From assembly GCA_963843975.1 (NCBI GenBank), contig CAWJMG010000001.1, forward strand, positions 1,290,001 through 1,322,000: a stretch of DNA of 32,000 bases, read 5' to 3'. Below are positions 22,012-30,307 of this stretch, piece by piece. Origin of the DNA: an uncultured Actinomycetes bacterium. GTDB lineage: Bacteria; Actinomycetota; Actinomycetes; S36-B12; CAIYMF01. Every line of letters starts with the position of its first letter. The stretch's first letter is position 1. The position numbers and the translations under genes were made by a program. Under the pieces are notes generated by a model that worked only from the letters and a program-made list of their open reading frames with translations, was not told where the DNA came from and ran no database searches.

Positions 22012-22120
22012 CTGCAGCTACGGCCTCAGTGCGGATCCGCGCTCCTAGGGTGACAACCATCGCGGCTTGTGCGGTGTCGAGATGGGTGACGGGAAGCAGC
22101 CGGTCGACGGGAGGCGGGGT

Positions 22121-22681
22121 ATGGGGCGTCAGGAGTTCGATGCCTTCGCCACTGCGGCCGCGACGCGGCTCTACCGCACGGCGTACCTCATGGTCGGCGA
22201 CCACCATCAGGCCGAGGACCTCGTGCAGGATGTGCTCGCCCGGTTGTACGTCGCCTGGCCGAGGATCCACGGCGATCCGCACGGCTATGCCTATCGCGCG
22301 ATGGCCAATGCGGCTGCGAACCAGCGACGCTGGGCCCACCGGCACCCGGAACAGGCACTTCCCGACGCCGAGCCAGGCAGCCGGCTCCCGGCCTTCGACG
22401 ACGAGGTCGCGATCCACGGCACTGTGGTTGCTGCACTCCGGCAGCTCCCGGCCCAGCAGCGCGTGATCGTCGTGCTCAGGTACTACGTCGACCTGACCGA
22501 GGCGCAGACCGCGACCGTGCTCTCGATAAGCGTGGGAACGGTGAAGAGCCAGCACTCGCGAGCGATGAGCAGGCTCAGGGACCTCCTGGGCGACGATCTC
22601 GTGGCCACGCGACCAGGTGAACCGGGCGCACTGCTGGGCGCGTCCGAATCGCTACCCCCCGCTGATGGGAGCTCCTCATGA
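22121..22681 (+). CDS. ECF (SigE-family) RNA polymerase sigma-70 factor
   Basis: Region 2: FDAFATAAATRLYRTAYLMVGDHHQAEDLVQDVLARLYVAW. Region 4: LPAQQRVIVVLRYYVDLTEAQTATVLSISVGTVKSQHSRAMSRL. ATG 22121 has GGGAGG 7 nt upstream; the track start is 22067. Confidence 0.9.
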   Translation: MGRQEFDAFATAAATRLYRTAYLMVGDHHQAEDLVQDVLARLYVAWPRIHGDPHGYAYRAMANAAANQRRWAHRHPEQALPDAEPGSRLPAFDDEVAIHGTVVAALRQLPAQQRVIVVLRYYVDLTEAQTATVLSISVGTVKSQHSRAMSRLRDLLGDDLVATRPGEPGALLGASESLPPADGSSS

Positions 22682-23595
22682 GTCTCGACCTGCGTGACGA
22701 GCTGGAGAGCGCGACGTCGTCCTTGCCCCTGCCCGCGGGCCTCGCGGCGAGGGCGGCGGTGGCGGGGCAGCGCCGGCTCGCCGTCCGGCGTCGACTGGCC
22801 GGCCTCGGTGCTCTGGCGGCGGTGGTTCTGCTCGGTGCGAGCATCCTCCAGTGGCCGCGCGCCGCCGGCGCGGACCCCACCCCGCCGGCCGTGAGCGTCC
22901 TGACCGATGAGCAGTCGGTCGCAGGTGTGTCGCTTCCCGATCCAGCGCCCGGATTCCCGTTCCGCCTCCAGCCGGACCCGGTTCCTCGTCAGATCACCGT
23001 CGACGGCGTCCAGGCCTGGTCGCGGAGCTTCAGCGTGGCCAGCAGGCAGGAGGCGACCGCGTCGGACGGCACAGGGATCGCGCAGGGCCCGGAGGCGGCC
23101 ATCGAGGTGGGGACGTTCCCGCTCCCGGTGAAGAGCGGTTCGGTCAACGGCCAGCCGATCACCGACCGCGTCGTCCTCGCTGGCACGGTCGGCTACGTGT
23201 CCACGTTCGAGGAGACGCCGGGTGCTCGCGTCAGGGCGCTCTACTTCCGCGTCGGCGGCATCAGCGTCGCGGTCGTCGGACTGAACGGCGCGACGACGGA
23301 GCAGCTCGTGACCCTGGGGAGCTCGCTCGTCGGTCTCCCCACCGCGCGGGCCACAGACCTCATGGAGGTGAAGGCGACCAACGGACAGCTCGGGTACGTC
23401 GACCGTGCCGTGCTCGACGAGCTCACGGGCGCGAACGCCGCCAACCCCGAAGAGGCACTGGCCTGGATGCGCGAGGTCGAGGGCTACAGCACGCCCACGA
23501 TCGAGATCCCCGTGTACGAGGCCGACGGCAGCACCCAGATCGGAGTCTTCCCCGTCTCACGCACCGGCGGAGCGAAACCGAGTCCCTCGAGCTGA
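22678..23595 (+). CDS. single-pass membrane protein coupled to the ECF sigma (putative anti-sigma/partner)
   Basis: The ATG overlaps the sigma stop (ATGA). Architecture: a ~40-aa cytoplasmic N-terminus, a TM helix (LAGLGALAAVVLLGASIL), and a ~245-aa extracytoplasmic part with no family I can name. The anti-sigma role is inferred from position only. Confidence 0.55.
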   Translation: MSLDLRDELESATSSLPLPAGLAARAAVAGQRRLAVRRRLAGLGALAAVVLLGASILQWPRAAGADPTPPAVSVLTDEQSVAGVSLPDPAPGFPFRLQPDPVPRQITVDGVQAWSRSFSVASRQEATASDGTGIAQGPEAAIEVGTFPLPVKSGSVNGQPITDRVVLAGTVGYVSTFEETPGARVRALYFRVGGISVAVVGLNGATTEQLVTLGSSLVGLPTARATDLMEVKATNGQLGYVDRAVLDELTGANAANPEEALAWMREVEGYSTPTIEIPVYEADGSTQIGVFPVSRTGGAKPSPSS

Positions 23596-23659
23596 TGACC
23601 GCCTAGCTGGGTGGCGAATCCGTCGTACAGCGCACGCTGGCTACCCGGGTAACGGCGGG

Positions 23660-24808
23660 TCAGGCGGGGATGACGACGGCGGGCTCGAGGACGAGCTCGC
23701 TCGGCACCGGGGCGAAGAAGCGCACGACCGCCGCGGCGATGCCCTCGGCGACGGCGTCGCGGAAGGCGGGGTCGGCGAGGCGGCTCGCGTCGTGCGGGCT
23801 CGAGATGTAGCCGCACTCGACCCGGACGGCGGGCATCCTCGTCATGCGCAGGAGGTCCCAGCTCTTGGCGTGGGTGCGCAGGTCGGTGAGGTCGGTGCGC
23901 GCGGTGACCTCGCTCTGCAGCATCTCGGCCATGCGGGCCCCGAGGGCCGAGCCGTAGCCGGCGACCGTGTCGCCGAAGTAGTACGTCGCGCATCCGGCCG
24001 CGAGCGGCGAGGGGGCGGCGTCGACGTGCAGCGACACCACGAGGTCGGCGCCGTTGTGGTTGGCGAACGCGGCCCGGTCGGCCTCGTCGCCAGAGCCGTC
24101 GCCGTCCGGGGAGCGGGTGAGCAGCACCTGGACGCCGATCGCGGCGAGGCGGCCCTCGATGCGGGTGGCGAGGTCGCCCGCGATGGCGTTCTCGGACAGG
24201 TCGTCCTGCACGACCCCGGGTTCGGATGCTCCGTGCCCGGGATCGAGGACGACGACCTTGTCGGCCACGCCGCTGCAGAGGGTGTCGAGCGCCTGCATCT
24301 CGCGCAGGATGCTGCTGACCCCTCCGCCGGACATCGTGCGGGCGAGGCGGGCCATCGCCCGGAACGTCTCCGGGCCGCACGTGCCGTCGGCGTCCACGCC
24401 CACGCTGCGCTGGAACTCGCGCAGCGCGCCGTCGGTGAGGGCGCCGAAGACGCCGTCGACACGGCCGAGGTGGAAGCCGAGGCTCGACAGGCGTCGCTGC
24501 AGCGTGAGGACGTCGTCGCCCGCGACGAGGTGGCCGGGGCTGTACGAGAGCACGCGGTCGCCGAGCGACCAGCGGGCCTCCTCGAGGCGCCGGAAGGTCT
24601 GCGGGCCGACGACGCCGTCGACCGTGATGCCGCGCAGCTGCTGGAACGCGCGGACGCCACGGTCGACGTGGGTGTCGAAGACCGCCGACGCGGGGTCGGT
24701 GGGAGGAGCGGCCTCCTGCGCCGGCAGCAGGCCGAGACGGCCGAGTCGGTCGCGGATCTCCGCCACCGCCGGCCCCGTGTCCCCGAGACGGGACGCGGGC
24801 GGTGTCAC
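23660..24808 (-). CDS. cwlM: CwlM-type N-acetylmuramoyl-L-alanine amidase (two PG-binding repeats plus Amidase_3)
   Basis: 382 aa. Two PG_binding_1-like repeats (GDTGPAVAEIRDRLGRLGLL..., GDDVLTLQRRLSSLGFHLG...), then VVVLDPGHGASEPG...LVVSLHVDA...RVECGYISSP. The GTG start is 4 nt after the trxA stop, the same order as Mtb trxB2-trxC-cwlM. Confidence 0.9.
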   Translation of the reverse strand: MTPPASRLGDTGPAVAEIRDRLGRLGLLPAQEAAPPTDPASAVFDTHVDRGVRAFQQLRGITVDGVVGPQTFRRLEEARWSLGDRVLSYSPGHLVAGDDVLTLQRRLSSLGFHLGRVDGVFGALTDGALREFQRSVGVDADGTCGPETFRAMARLARTMSGGGVSSILREMQALDTLCSGVADKVVVLDPGHGASEPGVVQDDLSENAIAGDLATRIEGRLAAIGVQVLLTRSPDGDGSGDEADRAAFANHNGADLVVSLHVDAAPSPLAAGCATYYFGDTVAGYGSALGARMAEMLQSEVTARTDLTDLRTHAKSWDLLRMTRMPAVRVECGYISSPHDASRLADPAFRDAVAEGIAAAVVRFFAPVPSELVLEPAVVIPA

Positions 24809-24812
24809 CGGC

Positions 24813-25133
24813 TTACAGGAAGTCGGACAGGTCGTTGAGCAGCGCGGCCTTGGGCTTGGCGCCCACGATCTGCTTCACCACACGGCCGCCCTGGTAGACG
24901 TTCATCGTGGGCAGCGACATGATCCGCTCGCTCGCGGCGGTCTGCGGGTTCTCGTCGACGTTGAACTTCACGATGGTGATCTTGTCGGCGTTCTCCGCCG
25001 CGATCTCCTCGAGGATCGGCGAGACCATCTTGCACGGCCCGCACCACTCGGCCCAGAAGTCCACGAGGACGGGCTTGTCGGAGAGCAGGACCTCGTCCGC
25101 GAACGTCGCGTCGGTCACGATCTTGGCGCCCAT
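24813..25133 (-). CDS. trxA: thioredoxin
   Basis: 106 aa. PVLVDFWAEWCGPCKMVSPILEEIA. ATG 25133 is preceded by GGAAGGAG 6 nt upstream; the track start at 25178 is over-extended. Confidence 0.95.
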   Translation of the reverse strand: MGAKIVTDATFADEVLLSDKPVLVDFWAEWCGPCKMVSPILEEIAAENADKITIVKFNVDENPQTAASERIMSLPTMNVYQGGRVVKQIVGAKPKAALLNDLSDFL

Positions 25134-25270
25134 GAGGGGCTCCTTCCAGGCGGGGTCGCGGAGCAGGTCAGGGACCACCGTACGTCAGGCCGACGACGGC
25201 GTGGCCCACCCCGCGGGGGGTCGGTCGGATGTGACGGTGCGTGACCGTCGGGGTCCCGTGCAGGACGGGG

Positions 25271-26251
25271 TCAGACGAGGGCCTGGGCCGCGTCGTGCGT
25301 GGCCGCGGCGGCCTCGATCGAGGCGAGGAAGCGCTCGGCGTCCAGGGCGGCGGCGCAGCCGGAGCCGGCCGCCGTGATCGCCTGGCGGTACGTGTGGTCG
25401 ACCAGGTCGCCGCACGCGAAGACACCCTCGAGGTTGGTGCGGGTGGTGCGGCCCTCGACCAGCACGTAGCCCTCCTCGTCGAGGTGCACCTGGCCCTTGA
25501 CGAGCTCCGAGCGCGGGTCGTGGCCGATCGCCACGAACAGGCCGGTGACCGGCAGCGAGCGGGTCTCACCCGTGACTGTGTCGCGCAGGGTGATCGACTC
25601 GAGCTTGTCGCCGCCCACGACCTCCTCGACCGCGGAGTTCCAGGCGAAGTCGATCTTCTCGTTCGCCAGGGCTCGCTCCTGCATGATCTTCGAGGCGCGC
25701 AGCGAGTCGCGGCGGTGCACCAGGGTGACCTTGTCGGCGAAGCGGGTGAGGAACGTCGCCTCCTCGAGCGCGGAGTCGCCGCCGCCCACGACCGCGATGT
25801 TCTGCTTGCGGAAGAAGAAGCCGTCGCAGGTCGCGCACCACGAGACGCCGTGGCCCGAGAGGCGCTTCTCGCCCTCGACGCCGAGCTCGCGGTAGCCCGA
25901 GCCCATCGCGAGGATCACGGAGTGGGCGCGGTACTCGCGGCCCTCGCTGTCCACCACGACCTTGACCGCGCCGGTGAGGTCCAGCGAGACGGCGTCGTCG
26001 GTGACGAGCTCGGCACCGAAGCGCTCGGCCTGGGCGCGGAGGTTCTCCATGAGCGCCGGGCCCATGATCCCCTCGGGGAAGCCGGGGAAGTTCTCGACGT
26101 CGGTGGTGTTCATGAGCGCGCCGCCGGCGGTGACCGCACCCTCGAGCACGAGCGGCTTCAGCTCGGCTCGCGCGGCGTAGATCGCGGCGGTGTACCCGGC
26201 CGGGCCGGAGCCGATGATGATGACGTTGCGGACGTCGCTGCTGGTGCTCAC
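25271..26251 (-). CDS. trxB: thioredoxin-disulfide reductase
   Basis: 326 aa. FAD motif [18 protein letters not shown], redox centre [17 protein letters not shown] motif [16 protein letters not shown], and GVFACGD. Confidence 0.97.
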   Translation of the reverse strand: MSTSSDVRNVIIIGSGPAGYTAAIYAARAELKPLVLEGAVTAGGALMNTTDVENFPGFPEGIMGPALMENLRAQAERFGAELVTDDAVSLDLTGAVKVVVDSEGREYRAHSVILAMGSGYRELGVEGEKRLSGHGVSWCATCDGFFFRKQNIAVVGGGDSALEEATFLTRFADKVTLVHRRDSLRASKIMQERALANEKIDFAWNSAVEEVVGGDKLESITLRDTVTGETRSLPVTGLFVAIGHDPRSELVKGQVHLDEEGYVLVEGRTTRTNLEGVFACGDLVDHTYRQAITAAGSGCAAALDAERFLASIEAAAATHDAAQALV

Positions 26252-26311
26252 TTCGGGCCTCTCGACATCGGGGCGCCGAGGCCCCGGAATTCACGGACGT
26301 GCAGGCGGCAC

Positions 26312-26337
26312 AACGATCCTACGGCCGTGCGCATTCC
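26312..26337 (-). promoter_or_regulatory. SigR/SigH-type ECF promoter upstream of trxB
   Basis: The minus strand reads GGAAT-gcgcacggccgtaggatc-GTT, an exact GGAAT-N18-GTT, ending ~60 nt upstream of the trxB GTG. An overlapping TAGGAT could also serve as a housekeeping -10. Confidence 0.6.
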
Positions 26338-26399
26338 AGCAGAGAGGCGCCACGGGCGTGCCAACCCGCGGCGAACGGCGTGGGAACGGCGTACCCGGG

Positions 26400-27293
26400 C
26401 TACGGGCGGGTGATCCTCTGGAGCGTGAAGAGCTCGAACGAGCCGGTGGTGCAGCCGGCGGCGACGACGTAGACGTCGTACTGCCCGGGCGAGTCGACCG
26501 AGGGCAGGACGTAGATCTCGGCGTCCTTGCCGTCGTAGGTGCCCTGGTCGACCAGGAGCGGCTCGGTGACGGTGCCCGCGGAGATCTCACGGGTGCACAG
26601 CAGCGCCCGCTCGGGCGTGACGGGCTCGGCCGACGCGGTGTCCAGGCTGGTGGACGACGGGGTCACGGTCGAGGCGGTGCCGGTGGCCTCTGCCGTGGGC
26701 GGCGCGGCCTCCGTGCTCTCGGGGGCGGATACCGGCGATCCACCGTCGCCCCCGGCCTCGGCCGAGGGCACCTTGCGGGCGAGCTCCTTCGCCTGGTCGC
26801 TGAAGCCCTTGCTGCTGTAGGCGGTGTTGGAGTCCTGCACCACGGCCAGTGCGGCGGTGGCGCCGCCGCTGGTGTCGGAGGAGCTGCCGAGGCTGCCGTT
26901 GTTGATCACGACCGAGCCGCCGACCACGACCACCGCTGCAGCGGCCAGGCCGCCGAGGATCCGGAACGAGCGCGAGGTGGGGCCGCGGCGCCCGGAAGCC
27001 GTGGGCAGCACGGACACGTTCTCGGGCAGCGACGCGGGTGCCGATCCGGCGCCGAGGTCGGAGTCGTCGGAGCCGCCGCCGGGCAGGGCGACGAGCGCGG
27101 GCGCACCCCTACGTCGCTCCTCCGCGAGGACGGCGTCGAGGCGGCGCAGCACGTCGTCCGGCATGGGCGGGTCGTCGCGGCGCAGCGACCCGAGGAGGCC
27201 GGAGACGAAGGCCTCCTGCTCGGCGGTGGCCGCGGGACCCTCGGAGTCGCCCTCGATGAGCCCGCGCAGGATGTCGTCGGGACCGTCGGTCAC
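26400..27293 (-). CDS. membrane-spanning anti-sigma factor (anti-SigM position, Rv3912 equivalent)
   Basis: The GTG overlaps the sigM stop (GTGA). Architecture: a short N-terminal domain, a central TM helix (ILGGLAAAAVVVVGGSVVI), and an Ala/Ser/Thr-rich extracytoplasmic region. Assignment rests on synteny and architecture; no motif is recognised. Confidence 0.65.
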   Translation of the reverse strand: MTDGPDDILRGLIEGDSEGPAATAEQEAFVSGLLGSLRRDDPPMPDDVLRRLDAVLAEERRRGAPALVALPGGGSDDSDLGAGSAPASLPENVSVLPTASGRRGPTSRSFRILGGLAAAAVVVVGGSVVINNGSLGSSSDTSGGATAALAVVQDSNTAYSSKGFSDQAKELARKVPSAEAGGDGGSPVSAPESTEAAPPTAEATGTASTVTPSSTSLDTASAEPVTPERALLCTREISAGTVTEPLLVDQGTYDGKDAEIYVLPSVDSPGQYDVYVVAAGCTTGSFELFTLQRITRP

Positions 27294-28018
27294 GGCGTCA
27301 CCTCCGGGAACTGTCGGGGCACTCCGGGCGGGCCGGCGCCGGGCTGGTCAGGGGTCGGGTCTGGCGAGGATGGGACGCTCCCGCCGCCGGACGGGTTCCG
27401 CCCGCTTCCGGACTCGTCCGGAGCCGTGATCCCGGCCTCGGGGTCGCGCAGGCCCGCGAGCGCTATCGCGAGCTTGGCCCGGCCGCGCGAGCACCGGCTC
27501 TTGACCGTGCCCTCGGGCACCCCGAGCACTTCGGCCGCCTCCGCTACGGAGAGACCCTCGACGTCGACGAGCACGATCGCGCTGCGCTGGTCGACCGGGA
27601 GGGCGCGCAGGGCCTTGTCGATCTCCATCCGGAGCTCGAGGCGGTCGACGTCGTCCCGGGGGTCGGGGATCGCGCGGGCGCCGGAGTCGGGGTCGTCATC
27701 GGGGATGTGCACCGTGGGCCGGGCCTTGCGACGGCGCATCCGGTCGAGGCAGGCGTTGACGACGACCCGGTGCAGCCAGGTGGTGACCGCCGCCTCGCCG
27801 CGGTACGACGCGGCGTTGCGGTAGGCGGAGATGAACGCGTCCTGGAGCGCGTCGGCGGCCTCCTCGGGGTCGCTGGTCGTGCGCAGCGCCACCGCCCAGA
27901 GCCGGTCGCGGTGCCGGCGGACGAGCTCGCCGAAGGCCTCGGGGTCGCCCGCGACGTGCGCAGCGACGAGCGCCCGGTCGTCGAGCCCGGGCGTCGAGGT
28001 CGACAGGTCGTCGGTCAT
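27290..28018 (-). CDS. sigM: ECF RNA polymerase sigma factor SigM-like
   Basis: 242 aa. Region 2: FGELVRRHRDRLWAVALRTTSDPEEAADALQDAFISAYR...TTWLHRVVVNACLD. Region 4: LPVDQRSAIVLVDVEGLSVAEAAEVLGVPEGTVKSRCSRGRAKL. It carries a ~50-aa Pro/Gly-rich C-terminal extension. Synteny with trxB/trxA/cwlM matches Mtb sigM. Confidence 0.88.
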   Translation of the reverse strand: MTDDLSTSTPGLDDRALVAAHVAGDPEAFGELVRRHRDRLWAVALRTTSDPEEAADALQDAFISAYRNAASYRGEAAVTTWLHRVVVNACLDRMRRRKARPTVHIPDDDPDSGARAIPDPRDDVDRLELRMEIDKALRALPVDQRSAIVLVDVEGLSVAEAAEVLGVPEGTVKSRCSRGRAKLAIALAGLRDPEAGITAPDESGSGRNPSGGGSVPSSPDPTPDQPGAGPPGVPRQFPEVTP

Positions 28019-28065
28019 GGCCCTGCGAGCGTATCGGCGCGGGGCTCGCGGCTTACCCTCGACAC

Positions 28066-28635
28066 GTGGACGCCACCACTGCCGTGCTCACCGGTCTCGG
28101 TCTCGCGACGGCCGCCGGGCTCAACGCCTACGTGCCGCTGCTCGTCGTCGGGCTGCTGGGGCGCCTCGGCTTCCTCGACCTGAGCGCGCCGTACGACAGC
28201 CTCTCCTCGACGCCCGCGCTCATCGTGCTGGCCGTGCTGCTCGCGATCGAGGTGCTGGCCGACAAGATCGCCGGCGTCGACTCGGTCAACGACGTGATCC
28301 AGACCGTGGTGCGGCCGGCGGCCGGCGCGGTGCTGTTCGCGGGCTCGATCGGGCTGCTCACCGACCTGCCGCCGTGGGTGGGGGTGGTCGCGGGCCTGCT
28401 CACGGCGGGCGGAGTCCACGCCACCAAGGCCGCTGTGCGGCCCGCCGTCACGGTGTCGACCGCGGGGGTCGGCAACCCGGTCGTGAGCGCGATCGAGGAC
28501 GTCGTCTCGCTCGCGGTCAGCCTGCTCGCGATCCTCGCGCCGATCCTCGTGGCCGTGGTGCTGCTGGTGACCGGCGTCGTCCTCTGGCGCTGGTGGCGCC
28601 GCCGCCGTACCCGCGCAGCCGCAGCGACCCTGTGA
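28066..28635 (+). CDS. DUF4126 domain membrane protein
   Basis: 189 aa and polytopic. GLGLATAAGLNAYVPLLVVGLLGR...LAIEVLADKIAGVDSVNDVIQT is typical of DUF4126. The C-terminus is an Arg-rich tail. Confidence 0.8.
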   Translation: MDATTAVLTGLGLATAAGLNAYVPLLVVGLLGRLGFLDLSAPYDSLSSTPALIVLAVLLAIEVLADKIAGVDSVNDVIQTVVRPAAGAVLFAGSIGLLTDLPPWVGVVAGLLTAGGVHATKAAVRPAVTVSTAGVGNPVVSAIEDVVSLAVSLLAILAPILVAVVLLVTGVVLWRWWRRRRTRAAAATL

Positions 28636-28657
28636 CCGCCGACGAGGTAGGCGAGTT

Positions 28658-28707
28658 ACTGCCCACAGTGGGGTGATGAGAGCGCTGACAGCCCCACTGT
28701 GGGCAGT
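28658..28707. terminator. 16-bp perfect hairpin between convergent DUF4126 and pseudokinase genes
   Basis: ACTGCCCACAGTGGGG (28658-28673), an 18-nt loop, then CCCCACTGTGGGCAGT (28692-28707). It lies 23 nt after the DUF4126 stop and 22 nt after the kinase stop. There is no U-tract. Confidence 0.55.
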
Positions 28708-28728
28708 GACTCGAATCAGCGTGAGGGG

Positions 28729-30234
28729 TCAGCCGAGGACTCGGACCTCGGCGACGCCGCCCTGGTAGGTGCCGTTGTTCGACGGGATGGCCGTGAGCCA
28801 CACGAGCACGTACCTGGTGGTGACCGGGGTGGGCACCCGCAGCGTGAGGGTGTTGCTGGCGCCGGTGACCTCGGCCATCGAACGGAACTCCTCGGGCGCC
28901 TTGCTCGGGTCGTCGGTCGCGCGCAGGGAGAGGTCGGTTCCGCTGCCGAGCAGGCGCAGGTCGACGGCGCGGACGGGGCGCGGAGCACCGAGGTCGAGCA
29001 GGAGGCCGACGCCCGGCTTGCCCGAGAGGTCGGGCTGGCGGTAGCGCACGGTGGTCCACGCGGTCGCGGGGTCGCCGTCGACGGCGAGCTTCGCGAGCTG
29101 CGGGTTCTCCTCCTTGGTGTCGCCGTACGGGTCGAAGTCCTTCACCGAGACGATCGGGATGACGGTCGTGCCCGCGGGCACCGGCGTGCCGGACACGGTG
29201 GGCGTCGGCGACGCCGACGGCGGCGCGGTCTGGCCGGCCGGCCGGGCGGCGTTGACCGGCGGGCTGCCGAGACCCGTGAGCATCGAGATGCCGAGCCCGG
29301 CGAGACCGATCGCGGCGGCCGCGAACAGCAGCACCGTCCCCGCGCGCAGCCACGGCCGCCACGGCTCCTGGCCGCGGCGGGAGATGGGGGCGGCCTGCGG
29401 GTTGAGGTAGGCCTGCAGGCCGGCGACCGCCTCGGCCGGTGTCGCGTAGCGGTTCCGGCCCTTGGGCTGCTGGGTCGTGACCAGCGATCGGGCGACCACC
29501 TCGTCGAGCTCGCGCGGCACGTCGACGACGACGCGGCTCGGCCACGGCACCCGGCCACGGTCGACCGACGGCACCGGGGCGAGGCCGTCGACGTCCTCGG
29601 TGCCGGGCCAGCGCCCGGTGAGGCAGCTGTAGAGGATCGCGCCAGCGCCGTGGACGTCGGCGGCGATCGGGTCGTCGCCCGGGTCGACGCCGTACAGCAC
29701 GCTGTCGACGCCGAGCCCACGCACGCGGACCTCGCCGGTGTCGGTGACGATCACGCAGTTGGGGCGAACCCGCCCGTGGGGGACGCCCTCCTCGTCGGCG
29801 GCCGCCAGGAAGCGGGCCACCTCGAGCGCGATGAGCGCGGACTGCCGGGCGGGCATCGCCTCGCCGCCGCGGGAGGCCAGCAGGTCGCCGAGAGCGGTGC
29901 CCGCGAGCCACTCGGTCACGATGACGAGCTTCTCGGTGACGAGGTCGGAGTCGATGTCGAGGACGGCGACCGCGCGACGGTCGCTCACGTGCGAGGCCCG
30001 GGCTGCGCTGACCCGCAGGTCGTCGACGAGGTCGGCCGAGAGCGGCATGAAGCGGATGGCCACCGGACGGCGGAGACGGTCGTCGACGCCGCGCCAGAGC
30101 GAGGTGCCGCCGGTGTCGGCGACGCGGTCGACGAGGCGGTAGCGGCCGAGCACCACCAGGTCGGGCGCGAGCTCGGTCGGGAGAGGGCTGGTCGCCCTGC
30201 CCCGTCCTCCGCGCCCCCCGCGTGTGTCGGCCAT
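28729..30234 (-). CDS. stand-alone MviN-type pseudokinase with TM helix and extracellular F5/8-type-C-like domain
   Basis: 501 aa. It has a kinase fold with degenerate motifs: VAIR instead of VAIK, HGRVRPN instead of HRDxKPxN, and GLG instead of DFG. These are followed by a TM helix (GTVLLFAAAAIGLAGLGISML) and a C-terminal domain (AVDGDPATAWTTVRY...YVLVWLT...GVAEVRVLG). Confidence 0.85.
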   Translation of the reverse strand: MADTRGGRGGRGRATSPLPTELAPDLVVLGRYRLVDRVADTGGTSLWRGVDDRLRRPVAIRFMPLSADLVDDLRVSAARASHVSDRRAVAVLDIDSDLVTEKLVIVTEWLAGTALGDLLASRGGEAMPARQSALIALEVARFLAAADEEGVPHGRVRPNCVIVTDTGEVRVRGLGVDSVLYGVDPGDDPIAADVHGAGAILYSCLTGRWPGTEDVDGLAPVPSVDRGRVPWPSRVVVDVPRELDEVVARSLVTTQQPKGRNRYATPAEAVAGLQAYLNPQAAPISRRGQEPWRPWLRAGTVLLFAAAAIGLAGLGISMLTGLGSPPVNAARPAGQTAPPSASPTPTVSGTPVPAGTTVIPIVSVKDFDPYGDTKEENPQLAKLAVDGDPATAWTTVRYRQPDLSGKPGVGLLLDLGAPRPVRAVDLRLLGSGTDLSLRATDDPSKAPEEFRSMAEVTGASNTLTLRVPTPVTTRYVLVWLTAIPSNNGTYQGGVAEVRVLG

Positions 30235-30307
30235 ATGCCGAGCCTAAGCCGAAGCGGGTCCGGGCCGGGTCCTACCTACGGCTCGGGTGCCCGCGTGCCG
30301 CACGGGA

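Noticed and set aside
21773-22053. Continuation of the metalloprotease in its original frame to 22053 (track ORF 20749..22053).
   Set aside because: This stretch translates to Arg/Pro-rich nonsense and reads through a strong terminator hairpin. The +1 frame over the same DNA encodes the conserved HELGHLAGLSH catalytic motif.
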